This document shows, piece after piece, positions 57,062 to 64,000 of a stretch of DNA of 64,000 nt. The stretch lies in the NCBI GenBank assembly GCA_963806225.1, contig CAWDXG010000004.1, positions 1,440,001 through 1,504,000 on the forward strand, in the 5' to 3' direction. The DNA is from an uncultured delta proteobacterium (GTDB taxonomy: Bacteria > Myxococcota_A > Polyangia > Polyangiales > Polyangiaceae). Within the stretch, counting starts at the first letter, position 1, and every line of letters starts with the position of its first letter. Below the pieces are notes generated by a model. It searched no databases and was not told the DNA's origin. It saw only the letters and a list, made by a program, of their open reading frames with translations. A program made the translations under genes and the position numbers.

Positions 57062-58612
57062 CTACGAAGCGCCGATGAGCCGTCCGATGAGCGGGCCGTT
57101 GCCCTGGACGGCAGTGCGCTGCTGGTAGAGCGCCATGCCGCGCGGACCGCCGAGCTCCTCGCCGCCGCCAGCGCGGCCTGGGCCGCCATGCACGAGGTTC
57201 GGCAGCACGGTGCCGGGCGCGATGGACTTGTCGGCGACCTTGCCGTCGACCACGACCAGGCGGCCGTGCCACGGGGCGAGCAGCGCGATGAGCTCGCCGA
57301 GCAGGCGGCGCTCGTCGCCGTAGACGGAGCACACCAGCCCGCCCTCGCCGGCCCGCACCACGGAAGCCGCACCAGCAGCGCTGCCGTTGTAGGGCAGAAG
57401 CGTGGCGACGGGGCCGAAGACCTCGTGGGCGTGCACGCTGGTCGCGGCGATCGCATCGTCGGCTTCCAGGAGCAGCGGCGGCACGAAGAAGCCCTTGCCC
57501 TCCGGCGCGCCGACGGGCTCGACCTTGTCCGGATCGCCCCACGCCACCTTGGCCTGCTCGAGCAATCTGCGGACACCCTCGTGCACGCTCGTCCGCTGCG
57601 CGGCCGTGGCGACCGGACCCATGTCGACACCGTCGGTCGCGGGGTTGCCGACGCACACGCGCGAGAGCCGCTCGCCGAGCGCTTCGCGGACGCGCGGCAC
57701 GTCGCCATCCGGGACGATGATGCGGCGGATGGCCGTGCACTTCTGCCCCGTCTTCTGCGTGATGTCGCGATGCACGTCGCGGATGAACGCGTCGAAAGCG
57801 CTGTCGCTGGCGTCAGGCAGGAGCAGCGCGGCGTTCAGGCTGTCGGCCTCGACGTTGACCCGCACTCCCTGGTCGAGGAGCCGCTCGCGACCGCGGATGC
57901 TGCGCCCCGTGTGGCTGCTGCCGGTGAACGCGATCACGTCCTGCCACTCGAGGTGGTCGAGCAGATCGCCCGCCGAGCCGCAGAGCAGGCTGAACGCGCC
58001 GGGCGGAAGGATGTTCGCCTCGACTACGAGCTTGACGGTGTGCCACGAAAGCAGCGAGGTGGCCGTGGCGGGCTTGGTGAGCACCGGCATGCCGGCCAGG
58101 AGCGCGGTCGCCGCTTTCTCGGCCCAGCCCCAGGCGGGGAAGTTGTAGGCGCCGATATGCACGGCCACGCCGTGTCGGGGCGACAGCACGTGCCAGCCCT
58201 GCAGGCGCGAGCCGGCGATATCGAAGGGCTCGCCGTCGACGAGCAGCGTGCGATCGCCGAGCTCTTTTCCGAGCTGGGCGTAGGCCATCAGCGTGCCCGT
58301 CGCACCGTCGATGTCGAACTTGGCGTCGCTGCGCGTGTTACCGCCGTTGGCCACGGCCACGGCGATGAGCTCCTCGCGCTTTTCGTAGATGGCCTTGCTC
58401 ATCTGCTCGAGCAGCGCACCGCGCTCGGCAAAGGTCATCGCACGCAGTGCGGGGCCACCTTCGGAGCGCGCGTGGTCGAGCGCGCGCTTCATGTCGATGC
58501 CGTTCGTCGAAGTGCGGGCAAGCACCTCCTCCGTGGCGGGATTGACGAGCTCGGCCTGCGGCTCCTTGCCGGCGACCCACTTGCCTTCGACGTAGTTCTC
58601 GAGTGTCTGCAC
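57062..58612 (-). CDS. Aldehyde dehydrogenase, BoxD / PaaZ-ALDH type (3,4-dehydroadipyl-CoA semialdehyde dehydrogenase-like), no MaoC domain
   Basis: GGAGG RBS and GTG at 58612. HIGAYNFP, FTGS, EADSLN, KTGQKCTAIRR, EVFGPV, VHGGPGRAGGGEELGG. Confidence 0.88.
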   Translation of the reverse strand: MQTLENYVEGKWVAGKEPQAELVNPATEEVLARTSTNGIDMKRALDHARSEGGPALRAMTFAERGALLEQMSKAIYEKREELIAVAVANGGNTRSDAKFDIDGATGTLMAYAQLGKELGDRTLLVDGEPFDIAGSRLQGWHVLSPRHGVAVHIGAYNFPAWGWAEKAATALLAGMPVLTKPATATSLLSWHTVKLVVEANILPPGAFSLLCGSAGDLLDHLEWQDVIAFTGSSHTGRSIRGRERLLDQGVRVNVEADSLNAALLLPDASDSAFDAFIRDVHRDITQKTGQKCTAIRRIIVPDGDVPRVREALGERLSRVCVGNPATDGVDMGPVATAAQRTSVHEGVRRLLEQAKVAWGDPDKVEPVGAPEGKGFFVPPLLLEADDAIAATSVHAHEVFGPVATLLPYNGSAAGAASVVRAGEGGLVCSVYGDERRLLGELIALLAPWHGRLVVVDGKVADKSIAPGTVLPNLVHGGPGRAGGGEELGGPRGMALYQQRTAVQGNGPLIGRLIGAS

Positions 58613-58650
58613 TCTGACGGCCTCCTGGCTATGCGGCGTGCGGCAGGTTG

Positions 58651-59583
58651 TTACTGGATCTTGATGAGCTTGATGTCGAAAACGAGCATGCCCTGCGGCG
58701 CGCCGGGTCGCGGGTGCTCGCCATACGCGAGCTTGGCGGGGATCCAGAATCGGGCTTTCTCGCCCTCCACCATCAGCTGCACGCCCTCGGTCCAGCCCTT
58801 GATCACCTGGCCGAGGTTGAAGGTCGCCGGCTGCCCGCGCACGACCGAGCTGTCGAACATCTTTCCGTCGGTCGTCCAGCCCGTGTAGTCCACCGTCACC
58901 CGGTTCTGCGCCGTGGGGTGCGTCTTGCCCTTGCCCTTGACCAGGACGTGGTAGGCGAGGCCGGACGCCGTCTTCTTCGCGTTCGCCGGCGGCGCCTTCA
59001 CGTCCTTGGGGACGGTCGGAGGCTTGGGCATGTGGATGATGCTCAAGAGCTCGACGTTGAAGACGAGCTCGCCCTGTGGTGCGCCCGGACGCGGATGCTC
59101 GCCGTAGGCGAGCTTGGCCGGGATCCACATGCGGCGCTTTTCCCCCTCGACCATGAGCTGTAGCCCCTCGGTCCAGCCCTTGATCACCTGGCCGACGCCG
59201 AACGTAGCCGGCCGACCGCGCACGACCGAGCTGTCGAACATGTGGCCGTCGGTCGTCCAGCCCGTGTAGTTCACGCGCACCTTGTCCTGGGGCTCCGGAT
59301 GCGCCGTGCCGTGACCCTTCTGCAGCACCTTGGTGACGAGTCCCGAAGCCGTCTTCTTCGCGTCCTTGGGAGGCTTCGCGACGTCCGCGGGCGCCGGGAT
59401 GGGCTTGGGCTGCGCCCTGTGGCGGGTGGCCTGCGGGATGTCGGCGCTCTGCTTGAGCTGGATTCCCGGGGGGATGGTGTCGGCCTGGAGGATCGTCGAG
59501 TTGTCCGACTTCTTTTTCGAATGGCAGGCGCTGGTGAGGCACAGGGCCCCGACGAGCGCGGCGGAGACAGGCAGGAAACGCAT
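58651..59583 (-). CDS. Lipoprotein FKBP-type peptidyl-prolyl isomerase with two tandem FKBP domains
   Basis: Lipobox TSA|C and two copies of YTGWTTDG.MFDSS..RG...QVIKGWTEG.QLMVEGEK...IPAKLAYG. Confidence 0.93.
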   Translation of the reverse strand: MRFLPVSAALVGALCLTSACHSKKKSDNSTILQADTIPPGIQLKQSADIPQATRHRAQPKPIPAPADVAKPPKDAKKTASGLVTKVLQKGHGTAHPEPQDKVRVNYTGWTTDGHMFDSSVVRGRPATFGVGQVIKGWTEGLQLMVEGEKRRMWIPAKLAYGEHPRPGAPQGELVFNVELLSIIHMPKPPTVPKDVKAPPANAKKTASGLAYHVLVKGKGKTHPTAQNRVTVDYTGWTTDGKMFDSSVVRGQPATFNLGQVIKGWTEGVQLMVEGEKARFWIPAKLAYGEHPRPGAPQGMLVFDIKLIKIQ

Positions 59584-59624
59584 GGCGCGGGAGTGTGCCC
59601 CGCGAAGCGGCGGCTGCCAAGCGG

Positions 59625-60431
59625 TCAGCCGCTCCCGGCCCTCAGCACGTGGCCATGATCCAGCGGGCCGTGGCCGGAGCCGTAGCCGGGCGCGGCGCGG
59701 ATGGCGGCGTGCACGTAGTCGTGGGCGCGCCGGACGGCATCGGCGAGCGTCCAGCCTTCGGCCACCCCGGCTGCGACGGCCGAGGCCAGCGTGCAGCCAG
59801 TGCCGTGCGTGCTGGTGGTGAGAAGGCGCGGGCTCTCGAAGCGGTGCTCGGCGCCGTCGGCGGTGCGCAGGAGGTCGATCACGCTGTCGCCTGGGAGATG
59901 GCCGCCCTTGAGGAGCACCGCGGCGGAGCCGAGCGCCAGCAGCCGATCGGCGGCGCGTCCGAGATCGTCGGCGGAGCGGAGCTCGAGGCCCGTCAGCGCC
60001 TCCGCTTCAGGCACGTTCGGCGTGATCAGCGCCGAAAGCGGCAGCAGCCGCTCCACGAGCACCCGCCGCGCTGGCTCATCGAGCAGCGACGCGCCGCCCT
60101 TGGCGACCATCACCGGATCGACGATCAACGGCACGCCGGTCGCCAGCCGCTCGACCGTCGCGGCGACTGCTTCGACGACCGCGGCCGAGCCGAGCATGCC
60201 GGTCTTGATCGCGTCGGCGCCGATGTCGGTGAGCACCAGCTCCATCTGCTCTGCGACGAACTCCGGCTCCACCGGCACGACACCGAACACGCCCAGCGTG
60301 TTCTGGGCGGTGAGCGCGGTGATGGCCGTCGCGGCGTAGCCGCCGAGCACCGTCACGGTCTTGATGTCGGCCTGGATGCCGGCGCCGCCCCCCGAGTCGG
60401 AGCCGGCGACGATCAGTACGCGTCCGGTCAT
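59625..60431 (-). CDS. thiD: Hydroxymethylpyrimidine/phosphomethylpyrimidine kinase
   Basis: AGSDSGGGAGIQADIKT, IKTGML, DPVMVAKGG, TPNVPEA, KGGH, THGTGCT, GHGPLDH. Confidence 0.97.
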   Translation of the reverse strand: MTGRVLIVAGSDSGGGAGIQADIKTVTVLGGYAATAITALTAQNTLGVFGVVPVEPEFVAEQMELVLTDIGADAIKTGMLGSAAVVEAVAATVERLATGVPLIVDPVMVAKGGASLLDEPARRVLVERLLPLSALITPNVPEAEALTGLELRSADDLGRAADRLLALGSAAVLLKGGHLPGDSVIDLLRTADGAEHRFESPRLLTTSTHGTGCTLASAVAAGVAEGWTLADAVRRAHDYVHAAIRAAPGYGSGHGPLDHGHVLRAGSG

Positions 60432-60499
60432 GACGCCGGGTATACGGCGTCACGGCGCCGGGCGCCGGGCAAATCGTGTCGCCGGCCCGACGGGCCTTT

Positions 60500-61288
60500 C
60501 TAGAGCTTCACGACCGCGATGTTGTCGTAGTCGACGCGGCCTGGATAGTGCGCCGAAAGCCAGACGAGAATGCGCGTCGCGTTCGACGGCGCGACCACGT
60601 TCCAGCTCAGCACCTTCCAGTCGAAGTCGTTCTCGGCGGCGCTCGCTGTCTTCGGGTTCTTCACGTCGCCGAAGAACTGATCGTTGGCGTCGAGCCACTG
60701 CACGCCGAGCACGAACCAGGCGGCGGGATTGATGGAGTTGCCCTGCGCGCGAACCGCCGCGCTGATGCGATAGGTCGCGCCGCCCTGGATGCTGTTGTAG
60801 TCGCTGACGCGCTGGATGGCGTAGCAGTCCCACTGGCCCAGGGCGTCGATGGTCAGCGCATTGCCGGTGCAGCCGGTGGGCGCCGCGCTCAGGTAGACGT
60901 GCTGCGACGACGTGCCGGATCCCGCGCAGGTGGTCGGCTGGCCCGGAGCGCGCACCTCCCAGAAGGCCGGCGCGTCGCCGGCCATGCCCTCCTCGAACGT
61001 CCCGTGGTCGAGCAGATTGCCGACCGGGTCGGTGCAGACATCGAAGGAGACCCCGGCGTCGTTTCCGGCCGCGCCGCCCGCCGCGCCGGTCGCACCCGTT
61101 CCCGACACGCCACCGGAACCTGCCGAAGCATCGCCGTGGGTCGTCCCGCCGGAGCCGCCCGCGTTGCCGGCGACTCCACCGGAAGCGTCGAACCGATGAT
61201 CGTTGTTGGCGACGCCGCCGGCATCGGATCCGCAGGCGACCGCAAGGGCCAGGACCGCCAGGCCTGCGCCGAACAAGTATCGATACAT
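60500..61288 (-). CDS. Lipoprotein with Gly-rich linker and carbohydrate-binding (CBM/galactose-binding-like) domain
   Basis: Lipobox AVA|C, NLLDHGTFEEG...GATYRISAAVR...VAPSNAT...VDYDNIAV jelly-roll pattern. Confidence 0.7.
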   Translation of the reverse strand: MYRYLFGAGLAVLALAVACGSDAGGVANNDHRFDASGGVAGNAGGSGGTTHGDASAGSGGVSGTGATGAAGGAAGNDAGVSFDVCTDPVGNLLDHGTFEEGMAGDAPAFWEVRAPGQPTTCAGSGTSSQHVYLSAAPTGCTGNALTIDALGQWDCYAIQRVSDYNSIQGGATYRISAAVRAQGNSINPAAWFVLGVQWLDANDQFFGDVKNPKTASAAENDFDWKVLSWNVVAPSNATRILVWLSAHYPGRVDYDNIAVVKL

Positions 61289-61437
61289 ATGGAGCAAGTG
61301 TAGCACCTCGATGACCCCGGTCATCCGCCCCTTTCAACCGGCAACAACGCCAGCCGGGCTAGACGTTTCGCGATTGCACAACCCCGCTGGCGTCACTACG
61401 ACTACCCTCTGGCGGGGGAGGAGGAGGAGGCGTTTCG

Positions 61438-62301
61438 ATGCGTGACCATTGTCTGCTGGTAGGTCTGGGCTTGCTGCTCTGGGCCGCGCCGGGGCGGGCC
61501 GACCTGCCGGCAGGAACGACCGGGACCACGCCGGCGAGCACCGGCTCGACGGACGTAGCCAAGGAGGGCTTCGAAGGGGCCACGAAGGCCGAGGACGACA
61601 AGGACGCGAGTGAAGCGAGCGTAGCGGCCGGCGGAATGATCGCGTCGGGGAACTCGCGCCAGCTCGCGCTGACGGCGGCGGGGAAGCTCCGCCTCAGGCG
61701 CGACGCGCAGCAGTTCGGCGCAGCGGCGGCAGCCAACTTCGCCCGCGCCGCAGCTCCCGAGCACCCCGACCAGGGGATGCAGACCAGCGTGGAGAACCTG
61801 CAGGGGCGCGTGCGCTACGACTACTTCTTCGCGAAGCACTGGTCGGCATTCCTTGCCGTCTCGGGCCGGCGCGACCGCTTCCAGGGTCTCGATCTGAGAC
61901 TGAACGTGGACCCGGGAGTGGCCTACTACTTCATCGAGGAGAAGAAGAACCAGCTCTGGATCGAGGGCGGCTACGACCTGCAGTACGACATCCGACGCGA
62001 CGACGCGCTGGCCGGCACGAATCTGTCGAAGACCGACACCCGCCACAGCGGACGCGCGTTCGCCGGCTGGGAAAACAAGGTCAACGAGCGGGTGAGCTTC
62101 TCGACCGGCGTCGAGTACATCCAGAGCGTCCAGACGGCACGCGAATGGCGGTTGGACTGGGACGCCGCGCTGAGCTCGAACATCGCGGGAAACTTCTCCA
62201 GCGCCGTGACGTTCAGCCTGCGCTACGACAACGCGCCGCTGCCAGGCGTGAAGAAGACGGATATGTTGAGCTCGTTCAACCTCGTCTACGCGCTGATGTA
62301 G
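61438..62301 (+). CDS. DUF481-family outer-membrane beta-barrel protein
   Basis: Signal peptide, ASGNS, RYDYF, RDRFQGLDLR..GVAYYF, YDNAPLPG.KKTD. Strong GGAGG RBS. Confidence 0.85.
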   Translation: MRDHCLLVGLGLLLWAAPGRADLPAGTTGTTPASTGSTDVAKEGFEGATKAEDDKDASEASVAAGGMIASGNSRQLALTAAGKLRLRRDAQQFGAAAAANFARAAAPEHPDQGMQTSVENLQGRVRYDYFFAKHWSAFLAVSGRRDRFQGLDLRLNVDPGVAYYFIEEKKNQLWIEGGYDLQYDIRRDDALAGTNLSKTDTRHSGRAFAGWENKVNERVSFSTGVEYIQSVQTAREWRLDWDAALSSNIAGNFSSAVTFSLRYDNAPLPGVKKTDMLSSFNLVYALM

Positions 62302-62411
62302 CCGTAAAAGAACCGGCGGCCCCCCCCGCCAGCACCGTCGGAAATCATGCGCCCTCAAGAAGCACTGGCGGTGGCCGTCCATCTGGGCGTACCTGTTGGC
62401 AGCGTCTACTC

Positions 62412-62858
62412 ATGCATCCGGCCGTCCAACCACCCGCCTCCGCCGACTACGCCCGCCTCGCTCCCGACCGCGAGCGCTGGAAGACACCGCGAGGCGAGCT
62501 GACCATCTGGCAGCCGTCCGACACGGTCGTGGTCTTCGAGCTCGGGGGGCACATCGGGCGCGCCTTCGTGGAACCGATTATCGAGCGGGTACAGGGCCTG
62601 GTCGATGCCGGCGGACGGCCGACCGTCTTCGACGATCTCGAGCGGGCCGTCTCCTACGACGGTGACGTACGGCTCGAGATCACGCGCTTCGCCGCCCGCA
62701 CCGCGGCGGACGTCGCCGCCACCCATGTGCTGGTGCGGTCGAAGCTGATCGCGATGACCGTCGCCGTGGCCAACCTCGCGCTGCGCCAGGCCCTCACCGT
62801 ACACAGTAGCCGCAGCGGGTTCGACGAGGCGCTGAGCCGGGCAATGGTCCAGGGCTAG
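62412..62858 (+). CDS. Hypothetical protein (STAS/SEC14-like, myxobacterial)
   Basis: ATG at 62412, with '[21 protein letters not shown]...FDEAL' resembling small myxobacterial STAS-like proteins. Confidence 0.6.
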   Translation: MHPAVQPPASADYARLAPDRERWKTPRGELTIWQPSDTVVVFELGGHIGRAFVEPIIERVQGLVDAGGRPTVFDDLERAVSYDGDVRLEITRFAARTAADVAATHVLVRSKLIAMTVAVANLALRQALTVHSSRSGFDEALSRAMVQG

Positions 62859-63048
62859 TCGCCCACCTTCGCGCCGAAGCGCGCTTGCCCGCGCGCCGTC
62901 TGTGCAATCGCGGGGCCACGTGTTATGGGGATGGCGCGTGCTTTGCGCCGCCGCTGCTCCGCTGGACCGTGGAGTCGTCTGGCAGCCGGGCCTGGAGGGC
63001 GGGCGCAACGAGGCGTCCCGTCCCGGCCGCACAGAGCCCGTTCAACGC

Positions 63049-64000
63049 ATGTCCGATCCGCTCATCCTCGTAGAGAGTCTGTACAAGGTTTTCGGTCCGC
63101 GACCGAAACATGCCCTCCAGCTTCTGGATCAGGGCCTGTCCAAGGCAGCGATCTTCGAGAAGACAGGCATGACGGTCGGCGTGCAGGATGCGTCGTTCGA
63201 GATCAAAGAAGGCGAGATCTTCGTCATCATGGGGCTGTCCGGCTCCGGCAAGTCGACGCTGCTCCGGCTTCTGAACCGGCTGATCGAGCCGACGGCGGGG
63301 AAGGTGCTGATCGAGGGCCGCGACGTGACGCGCATGAGCCAGGGCGAGCTGATCGAGGTGCGCCGGCGCAAGATGGCGATGGTGTTCCAGTCGTTCGCGC
63401 TCCTGCCGCACCTGTCTGTATGGGAAAACGCCGCCTTCGGCCTGGAGGTTTCCGGTATGGAACGCAGCGAGCGCAAGCAGCGGGCGCTGGCTGCGCTCGA
63501 GCAGGTGGGGCTTTCGGCGAACGCCGACAGCTATCCGTCCGAGCTCTCCGGCGGCATGCAGCAGCGGGTCGGCCTGGCACGCGCACTTTCGACCGACCCC
63601 GCGGTGCTGCTGATGGACGAGGCGTTCTCGGCACTCGACCCGTTGATACGCACTGAAATGCAGGACGAGCTCTTGAAGCTGCAGGCCGAGCATTCGCGCA
63701 CCGTGGTGTTCATCTCCCACGACCTGGACGAAGCCATGCGCATCGGCGATCGCATCGCGATCATGGAGGGCGGCCGCGTGCTGCAGGTGGGCACGGCCGA
63801 GGAGATCCTGAAGGACCCCGCCGATGACTACGTCCGCTCGTTCTTCCGCGGCGTGGACGTCGCGAACGTCTACAAGGCAGGCGACATCGCCCGGCGCGAC
63901 CAGGTCACGGTCATCCAGCACGGCGCCGACGGAGTGCGCACGGCGCTGCAGCAGCTCCGCGACTACGATCGCGAGTTCGGATTCGTGCGGGACAAGGACG
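63049..64000 (+). CDS. proV: Glycine betaine/L-proline ABC transporter ATP-binding subunit (3'-partial)
   Basis: [60 protein letters not shown]. Runs off the window end, so it is absent from the ORF track. Confidence 0.95.
   Translation, partial: MSDPLILVESLYKVFGPRPKHALQLLDQGLSKAAIFEKTGMTVGVQDASFEIKEGEIFVIMGLSGSGKSTLLRLLNRLIEPTAGKVLIEGRDVTRMSQGELIEVRRRKMAMVFQSFALLPHLSVWENAAFGLEVSGMERSERKQRALAALEQVGLSANADSYPSELSGGMQQRVGLARALSTDPAVLLMDEAFSALDPLIRTEMQDELLKLQAEHSRTVVFISHDLDEAMRIGDRIAIMEGGRVLQVGTAEEILKDPADDYVRSFFRGVDVANVYKAGDIARRDQVTVIQHGADGVRTALQQLRDYDREFGFVRDKD

Noticed and set aside
57062..59620. 852-aa ALDH with long N-terminal extension (likewise the extended ORF calls for gspD, gspL, RidA, DUF374, crt, the di-iron and LRR genes)
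   Set aside because: The extensions overlap neighbouring real genes in another frame. Internal starts with RBS or stop-start overlaps fit the families.
62859..63048. Riboswitch (e.g. c-di-AMP) upstream of proV
   Set aside because: No recognisable consensus by eye. An Infernal/Rfam scan would be needed.

Overview
High-GC myxobacterial chromosome, most consistent with Polyangiales, made mostly of core and envelope genes. Positions 1-3238 hold the 3' end of a giant TPR gene. Positions 3269-17752 (minus strand) hold a 13-gene type II secretion operon: gspC-D-E-F, an atypical gspG-like gene, then gspG-H-I-J-K-L(PilM-like)-M-N. It has a clear sigma-54 promoter. Upstream lie an NtrC-type activator, a second gspC paralog, a [2Fe-2S] ferredoxin, an orphan aKG-HExxH peptide-modification enzyme, a membrane histidine kinase and a lipoprotein. 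Next come dnaX-recR (no ybaB), RidA, a class IV aminotransferase, DUF374 and a 3776-aa AgmK/GltI-like TPR protein. The rest holds a patch of small lipoproteins with gene remnants and a 51-bp tandem repeat, hbd-crt, efp, a TetR/di-iron/hydrolase unit with a perfect operator palindrome, an LRR lipoprotein, a BoxD/PaaZ-like ALDH, a double FKBP, thiD, DUF481 and the start of proV. Six single-base indels break five otherwise intact genes and are most likely assembly errors. I found no rRNA, tRNA, CRISPR array, integrase or transposase. The best candidates for undescribed biology are the two-GspC, sigma-54-controlled T2SS with a non-cleavable pseudopilin, the orphan HExxH enzyme beside it, the TetR-controlled di-iron enzyme/hydrolase pair, and the pseudo-M48 domain on the first giant TPR. 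All family calls come from motif recognition by eye; no database searches were run.
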